From NCBI GenBank assembly GCA_947174325.1, contig CAMWIL010000002.1, positions 4,485-68,484 on the forward strand: a stretch of DNA of 64,000 nt. The letters are read 5' to 3'. The notes under the pieces were generated by a model. It did not search any database, was not told the origin of the DNA, and saw only the letters and a program-made list of their open reading frames with translations. The translations under genes and the position numbers were made by a program. Positions 26,455 through 37,616 of the stretch are shown here, in pieces. This stretch comes from an uncultured Clostridia bacterium (lineage in GTDB: Bacteria; Bacillota; Clostridia; Christensenellales; UBA3700). How positions within the stretch are numbered: position 1 is the stretch's first letter; each line of letters opens with the position of its first letter.

Positions 26455-26546
26455 TGGTTTTTGTATGAAAATATTTTGCCATAATCGTTGCTAAATATAG
26501 CTTATTTTGTTATATTATAATTAGAATAATTTTGAGGAGATCAAAA

Positions 26547-29330
26547 ATGCAAAAATTATCGCAATGGATAATGTCTCATAGAAAGACGTTGATCATAATT
26601 TTTGTCGTTGCAATCGTACTTTCGATCGTCGGAACTCTATTTGTTCAAAAAGAAAGCGATCTGATTTCTTATTTGGATAAAGACACCGACACAATAGTAT
26701 CAAAGAAAATTCTTGAAAACGAATATGGAATCATAGGCGACTGTAACCTTGCCATATCCTACGTCGATAAAGATACGGTACAAAAAATAGTAGACGCTAT
26801 AAGCAATGACAGTACTATCAAAAAGTATTTGACAAAAATCGCGTGGGTCGGAACTTTTGACCAACTCGACGAAATCAATGAAAACACCGCTCTGGGACTT
26901 CCTCAAAACAGAGTCGATACCGAAGAAGCGCAGAAAAAAGCCGCTGAAAAATTCGTAAAGACAAAAACGGTAAGATTTAAGACTACGTTAGACGGCGTTG
27001 AACAAGAGATTGAAAGAAGCGTCGATACTTATATTGTATCATTATATTTTGAGACCGCAGGCGGATCTGACGAAACTATCGCCTGCCTCGACAGAATGGA
27101 TGAAATCATTCCCGAAGTACTTAAAAACGCACAAACAGAAAATCCTACGTTGGGTCCTGATAGCGTGGAAGAATGGTATTACATCGGCGGTAACGCTCAA
27201 AACGCGCGTACCCTCCTCAAATCCTCGCTTGGCGATATGCCGAAATTCTTCATCGTAGCAGTTGCCGTATGTTTGGTGATCCTTATGCTTACGACGCAAA
27301 GCTGGCTTGAGCCGTTCATTTTCCTTGCAACGCTTGGTATTTCAATATTGCTCAATATGGGTACTAATATAATTGCCGGCAATCCAATGGGTAGGATATC
27401 ATCAATAACGTCTTCGTGCGCGACTATACTCCAACTTGCCATAGCAATGGACTACTCTATATTCCTCATGCACACTTATTATGAGGAACTCAAAATTCAC
27501 CCGCGCCCCCAAGACGCTCTTACTGCCGCTCTTCCGAAGACTATTACCGCTATATCGTCGAGTATGTTGACGACCGTAGGCGGATTTATCGCGCTATTCT
27601 TTATGGACTACGGAATAGGCTACGATCTTGGCTTTGTGCTTGCAAAGGGCGTAATACTATCCTTGCTTTCTACGGTATTCTTGCAACCCATCCTTATAAT
27701 GATATTGAGCAAAGGTATTGCGAAGACAAAACACAAATGGATCGTCGCTCCGAAACTCAAATTCGTATCAAAGAATATTACAAAGCCCGTGGTTGCGGCA
27801 ATCGTAATAGTAATAGTCTTGGGACTCGCGCTCCCCTGCGCGTATTTCCAACTTAAAGTACCGCTCAACTATATATCTACTACAAAAGACAACCCCAACC
27901 CGACTCTTCCCGAAGAAACGGCTATGCTTGTCAACAATCAAGCGATTTTAATACTGCCATACGATGGAGCGGATTCAATGCCCAACCACTATGAGTTTAT
28001 CGAAAAGGTAAAGAAAGTAGGTTATGAACTAGACAGCGACGGTAATATTAAGTATGACGAAAATGGCAAAGCGGTAGTATCAAAAGACGTAAATTACGTC
28101 ACGGAAGTGTTCTCTTTGGCGACAATCATTACGCAAGACGATTTTGATAATATAGAAAGCACTATCGCGCCGTCGTTAAAAGGCGTCGTATACAACCAGC
28201 TCCACGGTAGCTTTATAGCAAATATAAACAGTACGAGTAGTACAAAAAATAAATATATACTATATACTATCACGCTGAGCAACCAAGATGAAAACGGCAG
28301 TTTTGCAAATATGATAGAGACTGAATATACCTACTCCGCTCTTAAAGAAATCAAATATTTGGCGGTAGAGACATTCGGACTTTACAAAAATAGCGAAGAA
28401 ACTCAAACTGCTTTCCTTAATTTGACGAATATCAAAAACGAACACGGATCTTCGTCCGAACAATATTTGAGCGCTCTTGCAGACTATAAAGAGTCTGTAA
28501 TGAACAACGCCAAAGATTACAACGTATACGTGACAGGTCTTGCGCAAGGCGCTTACGAGTTGGATAGAGTCACGCCAAACGACTTCTTGCTCGTAACTCT
28601 CCTCTCTGCGGCTATCGTCTTGATAATCTTGCTCTTTACGTTCAAGAACGTCAAGCTCTCGATCATCTTGATGCTTGTCATTGAATCGGGTATTTGGATA
28701 AATCTCTCATTCGTATACTTTGCGTCAGTGTTCAACCCTGCCAACAAAATCAACTTTGTCGCATATCTAATAGTTACGGCAATAGAACTCGGAGCTACGG
28801 TCGACTACGCGATAATGCTCACGACTAAATATCTTGAAGAAAAGAAAGACGGAGTAAAATCCATCGCGGCAGTCAAAAACGCTATCAACCGCGCCGCTCC
28901 GGGCGTAACGACGTCAGCGTTTATACTTATCGGCGTATGCGCATGCGTGCATTTGATAACTACCAATATGATAGTCGCGCAAATCACAAGACTGCTTGCA
29001 ATAGGCACGTCAATGAGTTACGTATTCGTATTTACTCTGCTCCCTGCGATACTCTCGTTTGACGAAAGACTCAAACGCAGATTAAGCATCAAGAAAGGCA
29101 AAGGCGATCCGGACGTAGGCAGATTTGACTACAATCCGAATTACTACAACGAAGACGGCACTCCAATTTCGGAAGAGACCGTACCCGTTGTTGAGAACGT
29201 TTCCGAATTGGCTTACGCAGTTGAGGGCGAAAGTCAATTAGACGACGCGCAAGAACAAAACGCGACAAGCGATATTGTAACTGGCGAAGAAAAAGAAGTC
29301 GTCATAGATGACAACTCAACCGTTGAGTAA
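26547..29330 (+). CDS. MMPL / RND-superfamily membrane transporter
   Basis: Two 6-TM bundles, each preceded by a large extracytoplasmic domain. MDYSIFLMHTY and VDYAIMLTTKY are MMPL-type motifs. ATG 26547 follows GAGGAG; tracked TTG 26532 is less likely. Confidence 0.85.
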   Translation: MQKLSQWIMSHRKTLIIIFVVAIVLSIVGTLFVQKESDLISYLDKDTDTIVSKKILENEYGIIGDCNLAISYVDKDTVQKIVDAISNDSTIKKYLTKIAWVGTFDQLDEINENTALGLPQNRVDTEEAQKKAAEKFVKTKTVRFKTTLDGVEQEIERSVDTYIVSLYFETAGGSDETIACLDRMDEIIPEVLKNAQTENPTLGPDSVEEWYYIGGNAQNARTLLKSSLGDMPKFFIVAVAVCLVILMLTTQSWLEPFIFLATLGISILLNMGTNIIAGNPMGRISSITSSCATILQLAIAMDYSIFLMHTYYEELKIHPRPQDALTAALPKTITAISSSMLTTVGGFIALFFMDYGIGYDLGFVLAKGVILSLLSTVFLQPILIMILSKGIAKTKHKWIVAPKLKFVSKNITKPVVAAIVIVIVLGLALPCAYFQLKVPLNYISTTKDNPNPTLPEETAMLVNNQAILILPYDGADSMPNHYEFIEKVKKVGYELDSDGNIKYDENGKAVVSKDVNYVTEVFSLATIITQDDFDNIESTIAPSLKGVVYNQLHGSFIANINSTSSTKNKYILYTITLSNQDENGSFANMIETEYTYSALKEIKYLAVETFGLYKNSEETQTAFLNLTNIKNEHGSSSEQYLSALADYKESVMNNAKDYNVYVTGLAQGAYELDRVTPNDFLLVTLLSAAIVLIILLFTFKNVKLSIILMLVIESGIWINLSFVYFASVFNPANKINFVAYLIVTAIELGATVDYAIMLTTKYLEEKKDGVKSIAAVKNAINRAAPGVTTSAFILIGVCACVHLITTNMIVAQITRLLAIGTSMSYVFVFTLLPAILSFDERLKRRLSIKKGKGDPDVGRFDYNPNYYNEDGTPISEETVPVVENVSELAYAVEGESQLDDAQEQNATSDIVTGEEKEVVIDDNSTVE

Positions 29331-29345
29331 AAATCAAATAAACAA

Positions 29346-29382
29346 TAAAAAATAACGGAGTTTATGCTCCGTTATTTTTTAT
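29346..29382. terminator. Bidirectional intrinsic terminator between convergent MMPL and ridA genes
   Basis: AAAAA-AATAACGGAG(29351-29360)-TTTATG-CTCCGTTATT(29367-29376)-TTTTT. Confidence 0.85.
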
Positions 29383-29430
29383 CCTAATATCTTTAAATTA
29401 AAGATCTCTTAGTTTGCTTTGTAGAAAAAT

Positions 29431-29805
29431 TTAGTCAGCTTGCGCAATCGCGTCGATTTCTACCAAAACGTTCTTTGGCAACGTCTTTACCGCTACGCAA
29501 GAGCGAGCAGGCTTTGACGTGAAATACTCTGCGTATATTGAATTGAACGTAGCAAAATCGTTCATATCCGCAAGAAAACAAACCGTCTTGACAACCTTAT
29601 CCAAAGACGAACCGCTTGCCTCTAAAACAGCTTTAAGGTTTTTGCATACTTGATGCGTTTGCTCTTCTATAGTAGTCGCTTCGATATTACCGTTAGCGGG
29701 ATTGATAGCTATCTGTCCCGACGTGTATACAATTCCGTTGTGCGCAATAGCCTGCGAATAAGGTCCGATTGCCGACGGAGCGTTTGGCGTGCTTATTATC
29801 TTCAT
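29431..29805 (-). CDS. ridA: RidA family reactive enamine/imine deaminase
   Basis: 124 aa. APSAIGPYSQAI...SGQI N-terminus and a C-terminal ARSCVAVKTLPKNVLVEIDAIA, the YjgF/RidA signature. Confidence 0.9.
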   Translation of the reverse strand: MKIISTPNAPSAIGPYSQAIAHNGIVYTSGQIAINPANGNIEATTIEEQTHQVCKNLKAVLEASGSSLDKVVKTVCFLADMNDFATFNSIYAEYFTSKPARSCVAVKTLPKNVLVEIDAIAQAD

Positions 29806-29820
29806 ATTTCTATCCTCCGA

Positions 29821-31014
29821 TCAAATTATTTTGAACCCTGCTTTTGTGAGTTCCTTTTCTATTTCTTTGATATGCTCAAAGTTTCTTGTCTCTATTTGAA
29901 TTCTCAAAAAACAGCCGTTGACGTCGCTTCCCTCATTTGAACGCTCGTGATGTATGGAAATAACGTTTCCGCCAAGATTAGAGATAATATTGGACACTTG
30001 CGTAAGTTGTCCGGGCTTGTCTACAAGCTCCAACGTGACGAGATAATTACGTCCGCTCATCTGCAAACCTCTCTTGATAACTCTTGAAAGAATTGTAACG
30101 TCAATATTACCGCCTGATACCAAACAACAAACCTTTTTTCCGTCTGTAGGTATTTTACCGAACATTGTTGCCGCAACCGATACCGCGCCTGCGCCCTCGG
30201 CTACCATCTTATGCTGTTCTATAAGCGCCAAAATAGCTGCGGATATCTCGTCGTCATTAACGGTAACGATATCGTCAACGTACTTGGAAATCAAATCAAA
30301 AGTAAGATCCCCCGGCTCTTTTACCGCTATTCCGTCGGCGATTGTATGTACGCTGTCAAGTTTGACAATCTTATGCTCTTTGAAAGACTTCTCCATACTC
30401 GGCGCGCCGCTCGCCTGTACGCCGTAAACTTTGACTGACGGTTTGAGCGATTTGACAGCAAAAGCTACGCCTGCTATAAGACCGCCGCCTCCGATAGGCA
30501 CTACTACCGCATCGATATTATCAATTTGATTGATTATTTCTAGTCCTATCGTTCCCTGTCCGGCAATTACGTCGGGATCGTTGAAAGGATGAATAAACGT
30601 ATAACCTTTCTCGTCTTTGAGTTGGATAGCCTTGTTATAGGCGTCGTCATAAACGCCTTGAACAAGACAAATATCCGCGCCGTAACTTCTTGTCGCCTCA
30701 ACTTTGGATATAGGCGCGCCGTCTGGCAAACATATCAATGACTTGATACCGTTCTTTCTTGCCGCCAAAGCAACGCCTTGCGCGTGATTTCCCGCCGAGC
30801 AGGCTATTACGCCTTTTTTCTTTTCCTCTTCGGAAAGTTGGGATATCTTATAATACGCTCCTCTCACTTTGAACGAACCGGTCACTTGCAAGTTCTCCGT
30901 CTTCAAATATACTTCCGCGCCTGGTTTGATCTTAGGCGCATAGATAATATCCGTTTCTCTTATCGCCTCTTTGAGAACGTAAGAGGCGTGATATACTTTG
31001 TCTAACGTCAACAT
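29821..31014 (-). CDS. ilvA: Threonine ammonia-lyase (short form with one C-terminal ACT-like domain)
   Basis: PLP motif LQVTGSFKVRGA, GGGGLIAG loop and a C-terminal regulatory domain. Confidence 0.9.
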   Translation of the reverse strand: MLTLDKVYHASYVLKEAIRETDIIYAPKIKPGAEVYLKTENLQVTGSFKVRGAYYKISQLSEEEKKKGVIACSAGNHAQGVALAARKNGIKSLICLPDGAPISKVEATRSYGADICLVQGVYDDAYNKAIQLKDEKGYTFIHPFNDPDVIAGQGTIGLEIINQIDNIDAVVVPIGGGGLIAGVAFAVKSLKPSVKVYGVQASGAPSMEKSFKEHKIVKLDSVHTIADGIAVKEPGDLTFDLISKYVDDIVTVNDDEISAAILALIEQHKMVAEGAGAVSVAATMFGKIPTDGKKVCCLVSGGNIDVTILSRVIKRGLQMSGRNYLVTLELVDKPGQLTQVSNIISNLGGNVISIHHERSNEGSDVNGCFLRIQIETRNFEHIKEIEKELTKAGFKII

Positions 31015-31033
31015 AATAATTCCTTCTTCCTGA

Positions 31034-32698
31034 TTATTTGAGCACTGCGCCTTTATCCGCGCCTGTGACCAATCTCGAATATCTCGACAGCCATCCCGTC
31101 TTGATATTCGGCTCTTTTTCTTTCAAATCGGCTCTTCTTGCCTGCAACTGCTTTTCTTCTACTCTCACGTTTACGCTATTGGCAGGGATATCTATATCTA
31201 TGATATCTCCCTCTTTGATAAGCGCGATCTCTCCTCCGTCGGCAGCTTCGGGAGCAACGTGCCCGATAGACGCGCCTCTGGACGCGCCTGAAAATCTTCC
31301 GTCAGTGATAAGCGCAACGCACTTATCAAGCTTCATACCCGCCAAAGCCGAAGTAGGATTGAGCATTTCCCTCATACCGGGACCGCCTTTCGGTCCTTCG
31401 TATCTGATAACTACTACGTCGCCCGCGTGTATTTCTCCGCCGTAAATCGCCTTAATAGCGTCGTCTTCACAGTCGAATACTCTTGCCGGTCCAGAATGTT
31501 TGAGCATTTCGGGCGCAACCGCGCTTCTCTTGACTACGCAGCCGTTTTTAGCAATATTTCCCCAAAGGATGGCGATGCCTCCCGTTTCGCTGTAAGGTTT
31601 TTCTATCGGCTTGATGGTTTCGTAATCTTTGACAAAAGCGCCTTTGATATTTTCGCCGACCGTTTTACCGGTAGCGGTAATGGCCGTCGTGTCGATCAAA
31701 CCTTTCTTAGCAAGTTCGCTCAACACTGCCTGAACGCCGCCCGCCGCGTCAAGATCTTGCATATGCGTAGGTCCTGCAGGAGCAAGATGACACAAATTCG
31801 GAGTCTTTGCGCTGACTTGATTGATAATTTCAAGATCAAGCGGAAAGCCTGCTTCGTTGGCAATAGCGAGCAAATGCAAAACGCTGTTGCTTGAACAGCC
31901 CAGAGCCATATCGCAAGCCAAAGCGTTGCGAATAGATTTTTCGTTTATGATGTCTCTTGCCTTGATACCTCTTTTAACAAGATCCATTATAGCCATACCG
32001 GCGTGCTTTGCAAGCGCAATTCTTCCGCTCATTACGGCAGGGATAGTTCCGTTGCCAGGAAGAGCGATACCTATAGCTTCGCAAAGACAGTTCATTGAAT
32101 TCGCGGTATACATACCCGAACAAGATCCGCAAGTCGGACAGCAGTTTTCTTCGTATTCGAGAAGTTGTTTGTCGTCGATAATATTCGCCTTTCTTGCGCC
32201 TACCGCTTCAAACATTTTTGACAACGAAGTCTCGCAACCCGCTACCGTGCCTGCCATCATAGGTCCGCCGCTGACAACGACAGCCGGAACGTTCATTCTA
32301 ACAGCGGACATTACCATACCGGGAACAATCTTGTCGCAGTTGGGAACAAGTACCAAACCGTCAAAACAATGCGCCATCGTCATAGTTTCTACACTGTCGG
32401 CTATCAATTCTCTTGAAGCCAACGAATACTTCATTCCTACGTGTCCCATAGCAATACCGTCGCATACTCCGATAGACGGTACCATTATCGGCGTACCGCC
32501 CGCAAGTCTTATGCCTGCCTTGACCGCTTCTGCGATCTTATCAAGATGCATATGTCCGGGTACTATCTCACTGTGCGCAGACACTACTCCGATAAGCGGT
32601 CTTTCCAATTCTTCTTTGGTATAACCGCAAGCGTAAAGCAATGATCTCTGCGGCGCTGTCTCTATTCCTTTTGTCAAATATTCACTTCTCAAAGCCAT
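31034..32698 (-). CDS. ilvD: Dihydroxy-acid dehydratase
   Basis: 554 aa. [35 protein letters not shown] and [14 protein letters not shown] motifs. Confidence 0.97.
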   Translation of the reverse strand: MALRSEYLTKGIETAPQRSLLYACGYTKEELERPLIGVVSAHSEIVPGHMHLDKIAEAVKAGIRLAGGTPIMVPSIGVCDGIAMGHVGMKYSLASRELIADSVETMTMAHCFDGLVLVPNCDKIVPGMVMSAVRMNVPAVVVSGGPMMAGTVAGCETSLSKMFEAVGARKANIIDDKQLLEYEENCCPTCGSCSGMYTANSMNCLCEAIGIALPGNGTIPAVMSGRIALAKHAGMAIMDLVKRGIKARDIINEKSIRNALACDMALGCSSNSVLHLLAIANEAGFPLDLEIINQVSAKTPNLCHLAPAGPTHMQDLDAAGGVQAVLSELAKKGLIDTTAITATGKTVGENIKGAFVKDYETIKPIEKPYSETGGIAILWGNIAKNGCVVKRSAVAPEMLKHSGPARVFDCEDDAIKAIYGGEIHAGDVVVIRYEGPKGGPGMREMLNPTSALAGMKLDKCVALITDGRFSGASRGASIGHVAPEAADGGEIALIKEGDIIDIDIPANSVNVRVEEKQLQARRADLKEKEPNIKTGWLSRYSRLVTGADKGAVLK

Positions 32699-32806
32699 AT
32701 TTTCTCTCCTTTAAATAGGATATTTTTTATTATTTATTATAAATAAGCCATTTATCATGATAAACGGCTCTTTTGCGATAATTAGAATATTCTTCTGCTA
32801 TTGTTA

Positions 32807-32837
32807 TTAAGTCGTCTTGCGTTGCAAGACGACTTAA
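32807..32837 (-). other. Perfect 14-bp stem / 3-nt loop hairpin 10 nt after the ilvC stop, without a U-tract
   Basis: TTAAGTCGTCTTGC (32807-32820) - GTT - GCAAGACGACTTAA (32824-32837). Confidence 0.5.
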
Positions 32838-32847
32838 ACAAACATTA

Positions 32848-33891
<1,044 letters not shown>

Positions 33892-33902
33892 CTAAACATT
33901 GA

Positions 33903-35561
33903 TTACATTATTATTTCGTCGATGCTGTGTCCCGCGGGGATCATCGGCAAAACCTTTTCGTCTCTGTCAATAACCGCTTCAATAATACAAGGCTTACCCG
34001 TAGCGTACGCGTCTTTGAGCGCCTTTTTCAACTCGTCAAGCGTCGTCGCTCTAAAACCTACTCCGCCGAAAGCCTCTGCCAATTTAACGTAGTCCGTCGC
34101 CCTTTCGAGAGTCGTCTGCGAATATCTCTTGCCGTAGAACTGAGTCTGCCACTGTCTTACCATACCAAGTACGTTGTTGTTGATAACTACGCTTACGATA
34201 GGAAGTCCGTAACTAACGCTCGTGCAAAGTTCGTTGAGGTTCATATGGAAAGAACCGTCGCCCGTGATATGAGCTACTTTGCGATTAGGATAGGCTTTTT
34301 GCGCGCCGATAGAAGCTCCGTAACCGTAACCCATAGTTCCGAGTCCGCCCGAAGTGAGGAAACTTCTGCATTTCGTACGCTTGCTGTACTGAGCCGCCCA
34401 CATTTGGTGCTGTCCTACGTCGGTAACTATTATGCCGTCTTCTCCGATCTCGTCGGAAATAGCTTGAATGATTTGATGAGGTCTTAGTACGCCGTCTTTA
34501 TCAACGGGCTTGTAATCGTACTTCTTCCAATCCTCGATTTGAGCAAGCCATTCGTCGTGCTTTGCTTTTTTTATCAAAGGTAAGATCGCCGTCAAAACTT
34601 CTTTTACGTCACCCACGACGCTTAGATCGCATGCGATATTTTTGTTTATCTCTGCCGCGTCTATATCTATATGAATAACTTTTGCCTCTCTTATAAACTT
34701 ATGCTTGTCCGTCGCTACTCTGTCGGAAAATCTCGTGCCGACAGCTATGAGAAGATCGCTGTTTGCAATACTTCTTCCCGCCGACATACTTCCATGCATT
34801 CCGACAAGTCCCAAATTGAGTTTTTCACCCCAACCGAGCACTCCCGCGCCCATAAGCGTATGCGTAGCGGGTATCTGCGCTTTTGTCATAAGTTCTAGCA
34901 ATTCCTTTTCGCCTTGCGAAATCAAAACTCCGCCGCCGAAAAGAATACAAGGCTTTTTGGACGCGTTGATAAGCGCCGCAGCCTCTTCTATAGCTTTTTT
35001 GTCAGCCTTGACGTATTCGTCGACAACCGACGCGCCCTTTGCTGAAAATTCGCATATGCTTGAAGTAACGTCCTTAGGAATATCGACAAGTACAGGACCG
35101 GGTCTTCCGCTCTTTGCAATTCTGAAAGCTTCACGGATAACGTCGTGCAATTCTTCTACTTTACGCACTACGAAATTGTGTTTCGTGATAGGCATTGTGA
35201 TCCCTGCAATATAAACTTCTTGGAAAGAATCGAGACCTATTAGGTCGGTACCTACGTTGCCCGTGATAGCAACCATCGGCACGCTGTCCATAAACGCAGT
35301 CGCGATACCCGTGATTAGATTAGTCGCGCCGGGACCAGACGTAGCCAAAACGACTCCGACTTTACCCGTCGCTCTCGCATAACCGTCTGCAGCATGCGCA
35401 GCTCCTTGTTCGTGCGCCGTGAGAACGTGCGTAAGCTTGTCCTGATAAGCGTAAATAGCATCGTAGATATTCAAAACTGCTCCGCCCGGATAACCGAAAA
35501 TCGTATCAACTCCCTGTTCGAGCAGTGACTCAATTAAAATTTGTGAACCGTTTAACTTCAT
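33903..35561 (-). CDS. ilvB: Acetolactate synthase large (catalytic) subunit, biosynthetic type
   Basis: TPP-enzyme motifs (HEQGAAHAADGYARATGKVGVVLATSGPGATNL; GLGTMGYGYGASIGAQ...GDGSFHMN). Confidence 0.93.
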   Translation of the reverse strand: MKLNGSQILIESLLEQGVDTIFGYPGGAVLNIYDAIYAYQDKLTHVLTAHEQGAAHAADGYARATGKVGVVLATSGPGATNLITGIATAFMDSVPMVAITGNVGTDLIGLDSFQEVYIAGITMPITKHNFVVRKVEELHDVIREAFRIAKSGRPGPVLVDIPKDVTSSICEFSAKGASVVDEYVKADKKAIEEAAALINASKKPCILFGGGVLISQGEKELLELMTKAQIPATHTLMGAGVLGWGEKLNLGLVGMHGSMSAGRSIANSDLLIAVGTRFSDRVATDKHKFIREAKVIHIDIDAAEINKNIACDLSVVGDVKEVLTAILPLIKKAKHDEWLAQIEDWKKYDYKPVDKDGVLRPHQIIQAISDEIGEDGIIVTDVGQHQMWAAQYSKRTKCRSFLTSGGLGTMGYGYGASIGAQKAYPNRKVAHITGDGSFHMNLNELCTSVSYGLPIVSVVINNNVLGMVRQWQTQFYGKRYSQTTLERATDYVKLAEAFGGVGFRATTLDELKKALKDAYATGKPCIIEAVIDRDEKVLPMIPAGHSIDEIIM

Positions 35562-35584
35562 AACAACTCCGTATACTTTTATAT

Positions 35585-35613
35585 ATATTAAAATATTTAT
35601 TACAAATTGTCAA
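35585..35613 (-). promoter_or_regulatory. Putative sigma-A promoter of the ilvB operon
   Basis: Minus strand TTGACA (35613-35608), 17 nt, TAATAT (35590-35585). A short ~20-nt 5' UTR with a GGAG SD. Confidence 0.6.
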
Positions 35614-35804
35614 GTGTTTTTTCTTTGTTAGGCTGAAAGACAGGCAAGGCAGAGTAAAAAAAGTATCTTTTTCTTCTCTGCCTGTCCGTATTAGCTGAAA
35701 ACTATGCTGATCTGCTATTCTTTTGCCGACTACAAAATCTAAAATCATTCATATCTTATTAATCGGAAAAAATAATATCCTTTATGCTTCTTAGAATAGA
35801 TTCA

Positions 35805-36776
35805 TTATTCCAATCCCATAAGTTCGAGATAGATATCCGCATAATCTTTACGATTTTTCTTTATACAATCGATCGCTCCCGACGGATGTCTGTCGAGCAC
35901 GCCCGTGATAAGGTACGGGATGTCATAGCCCCATACAAGACCGCTCTCTTTGAGTTTGAGCATTTCATCCTCAATAAATTTGAGTACGGGATGCAACTTG
36001 TATTTTGGATTTTTCAAAAAGCCGAGCAAGAGTTCGAGCGGACAGTTGCCTGCTCCTCTGCCAAGCGAATTGACCGTAGCGTCAAGATAGTTGACTCCGC
36101 AAGCAACAGAGTCAATAGTATTTGCAAAAGCAAGTTGTTGGTTGTTATGCGCATGGATACCGACAAATTTATTGTACTTCGCAGCCATATTAAGATACTT
36201 ATCCGAAAGTCTTCTTATCTGTTCGGGATAGAGCGAACCGTAACTGTCTACAAGGTATACTCCGTTGGCAGACGAATTTCCGATGAGTTCCAACGCTTCT
36301 TCCAGATCGCTGTCGTTTGCATGCGAAATAGCCATTATGTTTACAGTAGTTTCATAACCCTTTTTAGCGCAGTATTCGACCATATCTATAGCTGCGGGAA
36401 TCGTATTGATATAACTGGCTACGCGCACCATATCGATTACGCTTTCGTCTTTGGGGATAATATCCTTTTCAACGTCCGTTCTGCCGACGTCTGCCATTAC
36501 GGCGATTTTAAGGTCAGTGTTATTGTCTCCTACGATATCTCTTATATCTTTTTCATCGCAGAACTTCCATTTTCCAAACTTCGTCTTGTCGAAAATCTCT
36601 TTGGAAGCCTTATACCCAAACTCCATATAATCCACACCGGCTTGCAAATTCATTTGATACAGTTTCTTTACAAAGTCGTCTTCAAAATAGAAATTGTTGA
36701 CTAAGCCTCCGTCTCTGAGCGTAGCGTCGATGACTTTGATTTGCGGAGTAAATGATAATAACGTTCTTTTTGCCAT
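35805..36776 (-). CDS. DRE-TIM metallolyase (HMGL-like / pyruvate carboxyltransferase-type aldolase catalytic domain) protein
   Basis: IDATLRDGG near the N-terminus, HAHNNQQLAFANT, and GRGAGNCPLE. Only 323 aa, so it lacks a LeuA-type regulatory or dimerisation domain. Confidence 0.6.
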   Translation of the reverse strand: MAKRTLLSFTPQIKVIDATLRDGGLVNNFYFEDDFVKKLYQMNLQAGVDYMEFGYKASKEIFDKTKFGKWKFCDEKDIRDIVGDNNTDLKIAVMADVGRTDVEKDIIPKDESVIDMVRVASYINTIPAAIDMVEYCAKKGYETTVNIMAISHANDSDLEEALELIGNSSANGVYLVDSYGSLYPEQIRRLSDKYLNMAAKYNKFVGIHAHNNQQLAFANTIDSVACGVNYLDATVNSLGRGAGNCPLELLLGFLKNPKYKLHPVLKFIEDEMLKLKESGLVWGYDIPYLITGVLDRHPSGAIDCIKKNRKDYADIYLELMGLE

Positions 36777-36830
36777 AAATTGTTCCTCTTTTTCTGTATT
36801 TATATATAAACTATCAGTATTATATAATAA

Positions 36831-37514
36831 TTATTTTTCTTGTTTTATCTTATCCGTATTGGACTCGATCTTATCTTCGCCGTATTTTGGATTGGGCGCT
36901 TTGCCTTTTCTTGCCATCACTTCTTGGAAGACGTCTTGCACGGATATTCCGCTTGCCTCAGCAAGTACCAAGCAGTGATAAAGCAAATCAGATAATTCCC
37001 CGACCAATTCGCCTTTCTTTCCGGCGACTGCGGCGATGACCGTTTCGGTAGCTTCCTCGCCCACCTTTTTGCATATCTTTTCAATTCCTTTGTCAAAAAG
37101 ATAATTTGTATACGAACCTTCTACAGGTTTTTCTTTTCTTTCCTTTATCGTTTTTACGTCTTCAAAAACTACCTTATAATCGGGTACGAATTCAAACTCT
37201 TTCAGCGTACGGTAAAAACAACTTCTATTGCCCGTATGACACGCCGCGCCTTCTTGTTCTATCAACAAAAGCAAGCAATCGCAATCGCAATCGTAAAGTA
37301 TCTTTTTGACTTTTTGCAAATGCCCGGAAGTTTCGCCTTTCTTCCAAAGGCATTTTCTTGAACGGCTGTAATAGTGCGCGTAACCGCTTTCCAACGTCTT
37401 GTCTATAGCCTCTTGATTCATATACGCCTGCATAAGCACTTCACCCGTATAAACGTCCTGCGCTATCGCGCAGATAAGTCCGTTGCCGTCAAATTTGAAT
37501 TGTATTTCTTGCAT
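36831..37514 (-). CDS. hisIE: Bifunctional phosphoribosyl-AMP cyclohydrolase / phosphoribosyl-ATP diphosphatase
   Basis: The HisI part has [11 protein letters not shown] and CDCDCLLL...GAACHTG. The HisE part has TNYLFDKG...KVGEEATE. Confidence 0.92.
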   Translation of the reverse strand: MQEIQFKFDGNGLICAIAQDVYTGEVLMQAYMNQEAIDKTLESGYAHYYSRSRKCLWKKGETSGHLQKVKKILYDCDCDCLLLLIEQEGAACHTGNRSCFYRTLKEFEFVPDYKVVFEDVKTIKERKEKPVEGSYTNYLFDKGIEKICKKVGEEATETVIAAVAGKKGELVGELSDLLYHCLVLAEASGISVQDVFQEVMARKGKAPNPKYGEDKIESNTDKIKQEK

Positions 37515-37616
37515 ATTATTCTCCGTCGTCTTTATGTTATAATTTACATCGTCTATTTATCAAAAGCAAATCGTGATTACTTCTTTTCCTCTTCACTTTT
37601 CGCTCTTTGTTCTTCG

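Noticed and set aside
35530-35748. Tracked 72-aa minus-strand ORF between the aldolase gene and ilvB.
   Set aside because: It runs across the hairpin and the ilvB promoter and overlaps the ilvB start. It has no SD and its translation is low-complexity. It is most likely non-coding spacer.
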